Source: an uncultured Gaiellaceae bacterium (GTDB lineage: Bacteria > Actinomycetota > Thermoleophilia > Gaiellales > Gaiellaceae). Taken from it: 64,000 nt of DNA. The DNA lies in the NCBI GenBank assembly GCA_963822885.1, contig CAWGJJ010000001.1, forward strand, positions 6,349-70,348. The letters are read 5' to 3'. Position numbers and translations under genes: made by a program. The notes beneath the pieces are model-generated. The model searched no databases. It saw only the letters and a list, made by a program, of their open reading frames with translations, and had not been told where the DNA came from. Shown one piece after another: positions 54,277 to 62,734 of the stretch. The stretch's first letter is position 1, and each line of letters starts with the position of its first letter.

Positions 54277-54655
54277 TTCGCACGGAACGCTTCGAACACT
54301 TGTCGACTACTCGAGCGACCGTTCCCGCCACTCGCGCATCCGGCACGACGAGTACGGCCACCACCAAAGACGGTCTATAGGCAGTGCGTGAGCGTTTCAA
54401 GCACGGCGTGACGCCTTGAAAGCGGTATGCGGAGAGATTCCCTACGGCCGGGCATATGAACACGTGCACTACGAGGCAGTGCCCGATTTCTGCGGCTCAG
54501 CGGGTCGGGCGCGCTCCAAGGAGTTGCCCCGAACGCTGCCGGTCGTCGAGGTCGTCGCCGGCCGGCGAGTCCTCTCTCGGCAGCGTCCGGGAGGGACGCG
54601 GCCCCCAACCCCCGCGGCAGGTCGAGGATCAACCCTGCGTCCTATGTGCTTGGTC

Positions 54656-55102
54656 CTAAGCGTCGAGCGTCTTCGAAAGCTCGATCTTCTTGGGCTTCGG
54701 CTCTTCGGGCTTGGGCACGCGCACTTCGAGCACACCGTCTTCGTATCGAGCCGAGATATTCTCCTGATCTACGCCCTGCGGAAGCCCAACTGCACGAGCG
54801 AACGTGCCGTATCGGCGCTCGAAACGGTAAAAGCCGTCCTGGTTCGTCTCGTCGTTCTTGGTCCGCTCGGCCGAGATCGTGAGGGTCTCGTCCTTGACCT
54901 CGATGCTGATCTCGTCCTGCGGGACGCCGGGCAGGTCGAAGGCGTACACAACCTCAGTCGGCGTCTCCCAGACATCGAGCGCCGGCACCCAGGTTTGCGG
55001 GGTTCGCCCATTCCCTTCGAGGACGCCGTTCATCAAGCGGCTCATCTCGGAGTGGAGCGTGCCGAGCTCCCGAAACGGTTCCCAACGGACAAGAGTCGTC
55101 AT
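54656..55102 (-). CDS. Hsp20/alpha-crystallin small heat-shock protein
   Basis: AGGAGG lies 6 nt before ATG 55102. The alpha-crystallin domain reads PALDVWETPTEVVYAFDLPGV...FERRYGTFARAVGLP...YEDGVLEVRVPK. Confidence 0.9.
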   Translation of the reverse strand: MTTLVRWEPFRELGTLHSEMSRLMNGVLEGNGRTPQTWVPALDVWETPTEVVYAFDLPGVPQDEISIEVKDETLTISAERTKNDETNQDGFYRFERRYGTFARAVGLPQGVDQENISARYEDGVLEVRVPKPEEPKPKKIELSKTLDA

Positions 55103-55139
55103 GAGTGACCTCCTGTTCGACGTAGTTATGAACGGCGCC

Positions 55140-55169
55140 AGTATATAACTTGAGTCTTAGCTGCGCAAG
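55140..55169 (-). promoter_or_regulatory. hsp20 promoter (TTGCGC-N17-TATACT) overlapped by a HAIR-like inverted repeat
   Basis: The plus strand reads CTTGAGT-cttagct-GCGCAAG (55149..55169). The HspR HAIR consensus is CTTGAGT-N7-ACTCAAG, so one half matches 7/7 and the other 5/7. The -35 and -10 hexamers are at 55168..55163 and 55145..55140 on the minus strand. Confidence 0.5.
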
Positions 55170-55334
55170 GGACACCACACCTGGCACCTTCGACAGGAAC
55201 GCGGTGCGGCCTATGCATCGGCCGTCCCGGGCCGTCACGCGCGTGACTGCTGCAGTCTCGTAGGGAACGCAACTCACACGCGACCGCAGGCCCGATGTCG
55301 AAACCTGCCGGGAGCCTCATCGAAGACCGACGTA

Positions 55335-55365
55335 CGAAAGGCCCCACCGGAACCGCGCGGGGCCC
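55335..55365 (-). terminator. Rho-independent terminator downstream of the YeaQ-like gene
   Basis: The minus strand reads GGGCCCC-gcgcggttccggt-GGGGCC followed by TTTCGT. Confidence 0.5.
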
Positions 55366-55368
55366 TCG

Positions 55369-55392
55369 CACGCGAATATCCACACGCGAATA
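55369..55392. repeat. Tandem direct repeat CACGCGAATA-N4-CACGCGAATA
   Basis: Two exact 10-mers at 55369..55378 and 55383..55392 abut the YeaQ-like stop codon. Confidence 0.6.
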
Positions 55393-55393
55393 C

Positions 55394-55674
55394 CTAGGTG
55401 TGCAGAGCCCTGGCGCCGCGGCGATCCACGACGACGCGGTAGATGACGAGCAAGATGATCGAACCGACGATTGCCGTGAGCCACGTCGAGATATCGAAGA
55501 ACTCGTCCATCGGGTCCGCGCCGAACAGCGCGCCGGCGAGGAAGCCGCCCACAAGGCACCGGCAACGCCGATGAGTGCCGTCACGATCCAACCGCCGGGG
55601 TCGTCGCCTGGCATGAGCGCTTTCGCGACCGCGCCGGCCAGAAGCCCGAGAATGATGAAAGCGATGATTCCCAT
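55394..55674 (-). pseudogene. GlsB/YeaQ/YmgE-family stress membrane protein with one frameshift
   Basis: MGIIAFIILGLLAGAVAKALMPGDDPGGWIVTALIGVAGAL, then near 55556 it continues in another frame (VGGFLAGALFGADPMDEFFDISTWLTAIVGSIILLVIYRVV...). Confidence 0.75.
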
Positions 55675-55783
55675 TGTCTTCCCCTTTCACTCGTTGGGTC
55701 GGTTGTCCCCCGGCCGCACATCACGTAAACGCTTGGCTCTGCAGACATCCGGTGTGGGCGCACTCTTACCTGCTCGTGGGTCA

Positions 55784-56697
55784 TCAGGGACGGAAGCGCA
55801 CGTGCATGTGATCTCCGTGGTTCGGATACGGGATCACGACGTCGTTCGGGCCGCGTAGCTCCGTGGAATAGCCGACGAAGATCTTCTCGACTCCCGCCTC
55901 GAGGAAGCGATCGAGGAGATCCTGCGCCCGCGTGCGGTCGATCTGGTCGCCCGCTCGTCGGTGGCCGTGTCCTCCCGTCGCGCCGCGGGTAGTAGACGTC
56001 GACATCGAGGCCGTTCTGGTGCGAGCGGTGGAGCTCCATCGGTCCGCCTCCGCGAAAGCTGATGTCGCCCACGACGATCCGGGGCGCATCCGGATCGCCG
56101 GCGCGATAGGCGGCCATGACGGCAAGCAACGTGCGGATCATCCGCTTCGTTGCCGTACAGACGATCGGGTTCGTTCGGCACGCGATCGGCAACGGGGTTC
56201 CAGGTCACCCAACTCTCGCCCTCGAGGGGAAGCTGGGTTCCGCCGCTCAGCCGGCCGGCATAGGGGAGCCCATGCGAGGTCGCCCTGTTCCAGCGGATGG
56301 CGGGAAAGGACGCTTTCGTCTCGGACGGCACAGCCTTGCCTGGTGGCGATGCGATCGGATCGAGGAGCGGCCTGAATGTCGCGCTCGGCGGGTCCTGAGC
56401 GAGAACCTCGGGGCGCGAGGCATTGCCGAGCCGAGGAGAGGCGAGCCCGAGCAGCATCGCCGGCCCGATGACGATGGCCGCGGTCTGGGTCTTGCGCACG
56501 CTGCGTCGACGGCGGAGCTCCGCACGCCTGCGGCGCGACGCCGCGAGACCGTCGGGTATCGCGTCTGCGAGCACGTCGAGGCTGAGGCCGAAGAACGCGG
56601 GCGCGTTCACCTCGAGCGAAGCGGCCGCTCCGTCCGTGCTGTCGTGGAACCACGGCGCGTCGCCGTCGAACCAGTTCTCGCCACGCCGCCACCCCAT
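55784..56697 (-). pseudogene. LAS-superfamily (MepA/M74- or M15-like) peptidoglycan metallo-endopeptidase with two +1 frameshifts
   Basis: A signal/TM-like segment, then SHGLPYAGRLSGG..., RIVVGDISFRGGGPMELHRSHQNGLDVDV (H-x6-D) and NHGDHMHVRF (H-x-H) in three successive frames. Junctions are near 56145 and 55972. Confidence 0.65.
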
Positions 56698-56947
56698 CGA
56701 CGGCTTCCCTTCGCGCGAGCGCTCGCATCTCCTGCGGCGCTGATGAATTGCCGACGTGCCCGATGTGCACGTCGCTCATGGGCGGACTGGATCATAGGAT
56801 CGCGGACATCCGCCAACGCGTGGCGATCGCCTTCACTCCACGCTCCCCGATCGAGCGGCTCGTCGAGGCCAAGGTGGCGCGCGGCTGGCGCGATCTGCCG
56901 GTACTGATTGGCATCCCCAGCTACTTACTGAGCGACGGGTTCACAGC

Positions 56948-58420
56948 TTACGAGGACGCTTGCGCTGCAACGTCGACCGCAGCCTTCACGCCGTAGTAGC
57001 GCTGCCGCGCCTCGTCGAGCGTGTCGCCGATCGCCGTGAGGCCGATGCGGCCGGCCACCGCGATAGCGCTCACCATGTGCAAGACCACGCCAACCTCGCG
57101 CTCGCCGTCCCACCCGAGCCCCCGCTGCTGGACGACGTCGAGGAGGTCGTCCGGCGTCAGCGACTGGTACGCAGGCGAGTCGAGGTGGTCGGTCGCCACG
57201 TAGTGCTTGATGTCGCCGAGACGGGTGCGCCACTCCCCGGCGAGGGGGTGGTACACGCCGTCCGTGAGGCTCGTGAGCGCGAACAGCGGATGCGTCGTTC
57301 CCCCCGAGCGGAGATTGATTTCGAGCGCGTAGGACTCCCAGCGCTCGTCCCTGTGCACCGTCGCGAAATCGACGGCTGCTCGGCCGATGACGCCCTCCCG
57401 GGCGAGCCGCCGACCCACCTTGAGAGCCTCGGCAGCGATCAGCGACGCGTAGCCGGGATCGGCCGGGAAGTGACAGCCGAAGTACGTCTGGCCGTGGGCG
57501 CCACCTAGCACCTGGTCGTGCGTCGACATGATGTCGACCTGCCCCGCAGGGCTCATGCGCAGCTGGACGCTGGGGCTGCGGAAGTCCTCGCCCTCGATCA
57601 GCTCCTCGACGATGCCGCCCTGCTCGTCGAACATCGCGAGGTAGTGCTCGATGCCCACTGTCTCGTCCTCGAGAGCGATCGCCGCGTGAAGGTCTCGCGA
57701 TGCCGCCTCGAGGTCGAGCAGAGCGTTCCCGAGCCCGCTGACGCCGAGATCGAGCTTGAGGACTGCGGACCGTGCCGACGGACTCCGGGCGCGAAGCTCG
57801 TCGAGCGCGCCCGCAAGGTCGTCGGTGCCTGTGACGTCGAGACCGACCGGATGCTGGACGCCCTCCTCCACGAACACCTTCCGGCTTCCGGTCTTCGACC
57901 CCAGCCAGTTCAACGCGGGGTCGCATCCGTAGATCGGCAGCTGGAGCGCCTCCGCCACCCCGACCTCGTCGTCCGTCATGCAGAACGGAATGATCATGCC
58001 GACCTCTGGCTCTCCGATGAGCCGCTTGATCCGCTCGAGTGCCCCGGGTCGTGCGATCAGCTTTCGGGACAGCGGCTCGTTTCGCCCGTCGACGAGCGAG
58101 ACCGCTTCGAAGCGGCTCCGCGCTTCGGGCGTGTCGAGCTCGGGAACGAGCGAGAAGTAGTAGTCGACGACACGCGGGTGGATCGGCTGCGACGTGACGT
58201 AGATCACGCGTGACCTGGGGGCTCGAAGCAGGCTCAGCACCAGGCAGAGAAAGCGCTCCTCGTACGCAGGGAACACCGGAATCAGCTGGTCGGGCACATC
58301 GAAGCTGATCGAGTGGACGACGACGACGGTCCGCTCGACATCGCCGATCGAGCGCAGCGTCACGGCCGGCCAGATGCTGCGGAACTGCGCCTGGAGCTCG
58401 GCGAACGTCTGCTCTGCCAT
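56948..58420 (-). CDS. PGM1-related ATP-grasp peptide/carboxylate-amine ligase
   Basis: 490 aa, intact. The N-terminal pre-ATP-grasp pattern is VVVVHSISFD...YEERFLCLVLSLLRAPRSRVIYVTSQPIHPRVVDYYF. It also has LPIYGCDPALNWLGSKTGSRKVF and ALEINLRSGGTTHP. Confidence 0.7.
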   Translation of the reverse strand: MAEQTFAELQAQFRSIWPAVTLRSIGDVERTVVVVHSISFDVPDQLIPVFPAYEERFLCLVLSLLRAPRSRVIYVTSQPIHPRVVDYYFSLVPELDTPEARSRFEAVSLVDGRNEPLSRKLIARPGALERIKRLIGEPEVGMIIPFCMTDDEVGVAEALQLPIYGCDPALNWLGSKTGSRKVFVEEGVQHPVGLDVTGTDDLAGALDELRARSPSARSAVLKLDLGVSGLGNALLDLEAASRDLHAAIALEDETVGIEHYLAMFDEQGGIVEELIEGEDFRSPSVQLRMSPAGQVDIMSTHDQVLGGAHGQTYFGCHFPADPGYASLIAAEALKVGRRLAREGVIGRAAVDFATVHRDERWESYALEINLRSGGTTHPLFALTSLTDGVYHPLAGEWRTRLGDIKHYVATDHLDSPAYQSLTPDDLLDVVQQRGLGWDGEREVGVVLHMVSAIAVAGRIGLTAIGDTLDEARQRYYGVKAAVDVAAQASS

Positions 58421-58457
58421 GGGTGGACGCTACTGCGCGGCGCGCGCCGTTGCTAGC

Positions 58458-59180
58458 GTGGCCGCCGTGGGGACGGCGCTCGAGGGACGGGTCATCGCGG
58501 TCGCGGGAGGGGCCGGCAACCTCGGCCCGACGGTCGTTCGGCGGCTCGCCGCTGCGGGGTCACGCGCGTGTGTCTGCGGACGCGATCAGGAAGGGCTCGA
58601 CGCGCTTGCTTCTGAGATCGACGATCCGATCGAGACCGACGTCGTCGATCTCCTCGATCCCGTCGCGACGAGGACGTGGGCGGCAGATCTGGCCGCCCGA
58701 CACGACGGCCGAGTGGACGGGCTCGTTCACCTCGTCGGCGGCTGGCGCGGCGGTACCACCATCGAAGAGGCGCCGCTCGAGGACTGGGACTTCCTGAGCG
58801 CGCTCCTCGTCCGAACGGTTCAGCACGCGACACAGGCGTTCGCGTCCTCGCTGATGGAGAGCGGGCGGGGACGATTCGTCCTCGTCTCGGCCGGGCAAGC
58901 ACAGGCTCCGACGCATCCCAACGCCGCGTACGCGGCCGCGAAGGCCGCCTCGGAGACGTGGACGCTCGCGCTCGCCGACCGGTTCAAGGGAACGGGTGCA
59001 ACCGCGAACATCGTCGTCGTGGGAGCGATCGTCACTCCGGCGATGCGAGAGGAGAGCCCGGACAAGGACTTCTCCACGTTCACCCCCGCAGAGGAGATCG
59101 CCGAGGCGATCGCGTACCTCTGCTCCGACGCGGCGTCCTCGATGAACGGGCAGCGCCTGACCCTTCGCGGCGCCGTCTGA
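58458..59180 (+). CDS. SDR-family oxidoreductase
   Basis: VIAVAGGAGNLGPTVV cofactor motif and YAAAKAA catalytic motif. Start is GTG 58458 or 58467; the ATG at 58374 would overlap the divergent ligase gene. Confidence 0.75.
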   Translation: MAAVGTALEGRVIAVAGGAGNLGPTVVRRLAAAGSRACVCGRDQEGLDALASEIDDPIETDVVDLLDPVATRTWAADLAARHDGRVDGLVHLVGGWRGGTTIEEAPLEDWDFLSALLVRTVQHATQAFASSLMESGRGRFVLVSAGQAQAPTHPNAAYAAAKAASETWTLALADRFKGTGATANIVVVGAIVTPAMREESPDKDFSTFTPAEEIAEAIAYLCSDAASSMNGQRLTLRGAV

Positions 59181-59181
59181 C

Positions 59182-59964
59182 CTACGAAGCGACAGCGGCT
59201 CGGGCCTGTCGCTCGGCGCGAAGCTGCAGCGGCACGAGCGAGACGAGGCACGCGAGCGCGAACCAGAGATACGCGCTCGGGGCACCGAGGAGCAGACACA
59301 GCCCGAGCACGACGAGCTGCGTGGTGAGCCCGAGATTCGCCAGGAACGTGACGGTGAATCGGTCGTAGGTTGCTCGACCGCCGAAGCGCCACTCCGACAC
59401 CGAGCGCACCGCACGATCCATGGGTGCGAACAGGATCGCGTAGAGCGAGGCGAGAACGCGCTCGGCAGGTCCACACGTCGCCACGGGCTGCTGACTCGGA
59501 ATCTCCTGCCCCTCGCGGTACAGCTCCGTCACGTTGAAGTCGACCGCGAGCACGAGCGTCAGCGCGACGAACGACACCGCCGCGAGGAACACCTGTCCGG
59601 TGACGTAGCCGAGCGCTGCGAAGAGTGCCGCATTGACGAGGAGATCGGCGAGCGTGTCGAGATACCGACCCGTGAGCGTGACCCGGCCGGTGATCCGGGC
59701 GAGCTGTCCGTCCATGTTGTCGAGCAGCGTCTTCAGCTGCAGGAGCACCGCCGCCCCAATCAGCTGGCCACGCCCGACCGCCAGAGCGGCGAGGAGCCCA
59801 ACTGCTGCATTCGCGAGAACCACGGCGGGTGGCGACACGTTCAGCCGTCGAAGCAGCGGCACGAAGAGGTTCGAGAGCGGCCGGAAGGCGAACTCGAGGA
59901 GCAGCTCACGACCGGCCCTGCGTTCTGCGGTCGCGCTCGAAGCAGCCTCGCCGGGATCCACCAT
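59182..59964 (-). CDS. CDP-alcohol phosphatidyltransferase family protein
   Basis: ATG 59964. Signature DNMDGQLARITGRVTLTGRYLDTLADLLVN (D-G-x2-A-R-x8-G-x3-D-x3-D), with multiple TM helices. Confidence 0.85.
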   Translation of the reverse strand: MVDPGEAASSATAERRAGRELLLEFAFRPLSNLFVPLLRRLNVSPPAVVLANAAVGLLAALAVGRGQLIGAAVLLQLKTLLDNMDGQLARITGRVTLTGRYLDTLADLLVNAALFAALGYVTGQVFLAAVSFVALTLVLAVDFNVTELYREGQEIPSQQPVATCGPAERVLASLYAILFAPMDRAVRSVSEWRFGGRATYDRFTVTFLANLGLTTQLVVLGLCLLLGAPSAYLWFALACLVSLVPLQLRAERQARAAVAS

Positions 59965-59990
59965 GGCGAACGATCGTAGATACTGCCGTC

Positions 59991-60227
59991 GTGACCCCAG
60001 AAGGCTGGACAGAGGTAGACAAGGCTCTCGAGCGCACGTTCGAGTTCGACTCGTTCGTCGACTCGCTCGCATTCGTGAACAGTGTCGGTGAGCTCGCCGA
60101 GGCCGAGAACCACCATCCCGACATCGCGATCCACTACGACAAGGTGACGTTGCGCTGGTGGACGCACACCGCGGACGGCATCACCGACCGCGATCGCGAG
60201 CTCGCCGAGAAGTCCGCGAAGCTCTAG
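59991..60227 (+). CDS. Pterin-4a-carbinolamine dehydratase (PCD/DCoH)
   Basis: GWTEVDKALERTFEFDSFVDSLAFVNSVGELAEAENHHPDIAIHYDKVTLRWWTH. Start is GTG 59991, or ATG 59963 if a 1-nt correction near 59975 is made. Confidence 0.8.
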   Translation: MTPEGWTEVDKALERTFEFDSFVDSLAFVNSVGELAEAENHHPDIAIHYDKVTLRWWTHTADGITDRDRELAEKSAKL

Positions 60228-60680
60228 TCGGAGGCCTTGACGACCACGACTGGGCAGGCCGCGTGGCTGACGACGTGCCTGCTGACGGAACCGAGCAGCG
60301 CCGCCTTCAGCCCGGTGCGTCCGTGTGATCCGACGACGACGAGCTCGGCCGTCGCGCTCTCGGCGACCAGTGCATCGCCCGCGTCGCCCTCGACCAGCCT
60401 CTGCTCGAGCTCCACGTCAGGCTCCGAGCCGAGCGCTTCCGACAGAGCTGCCTCGAGCGAGCGGCGCGCGGCCTCGTTCTCGGCACCGAGCTGACCGGCG
60501 AGATCCCCGGCGGGCATCGCGAGCATCCCCGGATCGCCGATCGGCTGCATGGGAATGAACGACCAGGCGTGGACGGCACGGAGCGATGGTGGCGCGCAGA
60601 CGCGCCTCGTCGGCCGCCCAGCGGAGCGCCTCGATGGACGCATCCGACCCGTCGACGCCGACGACGATCGCCTTGGCCAC
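60224..60680 (-). pseudogene. Universal stress protein (UspA family) with one +1 frameshift
   Basis: MAKAIVVGVDGSDASIEALRWAADEARLR, then near 60590 the frame changes (LRAVHAWSF...LVVVGSHGRTGLKAALLGSVSRHVVSHAACPVVVV). Confidence 0.8.
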
Positions 60681-60727
60681 GGAGTCAGCGTACCGCCCGC
60701 AGAAGCGGTGGGTATCGTGGCCGCGTC

Positions 60728-61622
60728 ATGGCTGCGCCGCGCGTCACGGTGTACGACGTCGGCCCGCGCGACGGCCTGCAGAACGAGCCGGAGGTCCTCG
60801 ACGCGGCCACGCGCGCCGAGCTCGTCCGCAAGCTCGTCGGCGCCGGCTTGCCGGCGATCGAGGTCGCGAGCTTCGTCGACCCGCGGCGCGTGCCGCAGAT
60901 GGCCCACGCCGAAGAGGTCGTCGAGGCCGTCGGACGCAGCGCCCGGCGTCGTGCGCGCCGGGCTGGCGCTCAACGAGCGCGGCTACGAGCGGCTCGTTGC
61001 GACCGGGCTCGACGAGGTGCGCTTCGCCTTCGGTGTCACGGAGTCGTTCAACGAGCGCAACCAGAGCGCGTCCGTCGAGGAGTCGATCGCGGCAGCCGCC
61101 CGCATCGTGGCTCGTGCACGCGAGGACGGGCACCGCTCGACCGTGACGCTGAGCGTCGCGTTCGGCTGCCCGTTCGAGGGCGAGGTGGATCCGGGGCGGG
61201 TGCTCGACGTTGCCAGCCGCATCGCCGAGAGCAGCCCCGACACGCTCGTCCTCGCGGACACCATCGGCGTTGCAACGCCCGCTGCGGTTCGCGAGCTCAC
61301 GGCGCGTGCCGCTGCACTCGGCATCCCGGTCGGCGGTCACTTCCACAACACGCGAAACACCGGCTATGCGAACGCGCTCGCCGCGCTCGAGGCGGGAGCG
61401 ACCGTGCTCGACGCCTCGGTCGGCGGTCTCGGCGGCTGCCCGTTCGCGCCGAACGCGACGGGAAACATCGCGACGGAGGATCTCGTCTACGCGCTCGAGC
61501 GCGAGGGCGTCGCTACGGGAATCGACCTCGACGCCCTGATCGCGGTCGCAGCGTGGCTCTCGGACACGCTCGGACGGCAGCTCGACGGTCAGCTCTACCG
61601 CGCCGGCACGTTCCCGAGCTGA
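60728..61622 (+). pseudogene. Hydroxymethylglutaryl-CoA lyase family protein with one +1 frameshift
   Basis: VTVYDVGPRDGLQNE...IEVASFV in frame 2. From about 60935 the protein continues in frame 3 (GLALNERGYERL...LADTIGVATP...GHFHNTRNTGYANALAALEAG...GLGGCPFAPNATGNIATEDL). Confidence 0.8.
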
Positions 61623-62734
61623 CGCGCCGGAAGAATCGTCCCGCGCACCTCGGCGAGCTCGATCTCACCGGCGCGACCGCGAAGCACGACCTCGTCGCCG
61701 TCCTCGAGGAACGTGCGCTCCGAGCCGTCGTCGAGCTTCACCGGCCGCTGGCCGTTCCACGTGAGCTCGATGAGTGAGCCCTCGGACCCCGGATTCGTTC
61801 CCGAGATCGTCCCCGACGCGAACAGGTCGCCCGTACGGATCGACGCGCCGTTCACCGTGGCGTGGGCGAGCTGCTGCGGCATCGTCCAGTACAGGCCGCG
61901 TGCGTTCGTGCGCGAGACGACGGTGCCCGAGAGCTCGACCTCGAGCTCGAGATCGAGGGCCCAGTCGCCCGCGGATTGCAGATACGAGAGCGGCGGTGGA
62001 TCCTGCTCGGGGGATGCGACGAAACGATCCTCGAGCAGCGCGAGCGGGGTGATCCACGCGCCGATCGAGGTTGCGAAAGACTTGCCGAGGAACGGGCCGA
62101 GCGGCACGTACTCCCAGGCCTGGATGTCACGCGCGCTCCAGTCGTTCACGAGCACGACCCCGAAGACGTGCTCGCGGAACGCAGAGGCCGGGACGGGCTC
62201 GCCGAGCGTGCTGCCGACGCCGACGACGAAGCCGAGCTCGAGCTCGATGTCCAGCCGCCTGCTCGGCCCGTAGCGGGGCACGTCCTCGGTTGGCGGCTTC
62301 GTCTGGCCGCACGGGCGCACGACGGGCGTTCCGCTGACGACGACCGTTCCGGCACGCCCGTGGTAGCCGACGGGAAGGTGGCGCCAGTTCGGCAGGAGCG
62401 GCTCTGCGTCCGGACGGAAGAGGCGCCCGAGGTTCGTCGCGTGCTCGATCGACGAGTAGAAGTCGACGTAGTCGGCCACGTCGAAGGGCAGATGCTCGCG
62501 GGCCGCGTCGAGAGGAACGAGATCGGCGCCGCCCGACACGAGCGCGTCGACGCGCGCGAGCGTGTCCTCCCAGGCGGATCGTCCGAGCGCGAGGAACGGG
62601 TTGAGCGACGTCGCCTCGAACACCGTGCCGAGACCGGCCACGGCGAGGTCGAGGATTCCCTCCGCTGCCCGGAACCCGACCCGCGGTGCCTCGCCGCCGA
62701 CGGAGAAGACGCCGAATCCGACTGCACCCTTCAT
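61595..62734 (-). CDS. fahA: Fumarylacetoacetase
   Basis: 379 aa, intact. Motifs include DYVDFYSSIEHATN, HLPVGYHGRAGTVVVSGTP, LDIELELGFVVG, VLVNDWSARDIQAWEYVPLGPFLGKSFATS and DLFASGTISG. Confidence 0.88.
   Translation of the reverse strand: MKGAVGFGVFSVGGEAPRVGFRAAEGILDLAVAGLGTVFEATSLNPFLALGRSAWEDTLARVDALVSGGADLVPLDAAREHLPFDVADYVDFYSSIEHATNLGRLFRPDAEPLLPNWRHLPVGYHGRAGTVVVSGTPVVRPCGQTKPPTEDVPRYGPSRRLDIELELGFVVGVGSTLGEPVPASAFREHVFGVVLVNDWSARDIQAWEYVPLGPFLGKSFATSIGAWITPLALLEDRFVASPEQDPPPLSYLQSAGDWALDLELEVELSGTVVSRTNARGLYWTMPQQLAHATVNGASIRTGDLFASGTISGTNPGSEGSLIELTWNGQRPVKLDDGSERTFLEDGDEVVLRGRAGEIELAEVRGTILPARQLGNVPAR

Noticed and set aside
54205-55700. A genomic island or prophage integrated at tRNA-Arg.
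   Set aside because: I found no integrase, no direct repeat of the tRNA 3' end, and no phage or transposon genes. Only hsp20 and a yeaQ-like gene follow.
56748-56996. 82-aa plus-strand ORF (…VAIAFTPRSPIERLVEAKVARGWRDLPVLIGIPSYLLSDGF…) between the LAS peptidase and the ATP-grasp ligase.
   Set aside because: It has GC3-rich codons and tolerable composition. However, I recognise no motif and it has no clear RBS. It also overlaps the ligase 3' end by about 50 nt. It is left unannotated and would be worth checking only if conserved.
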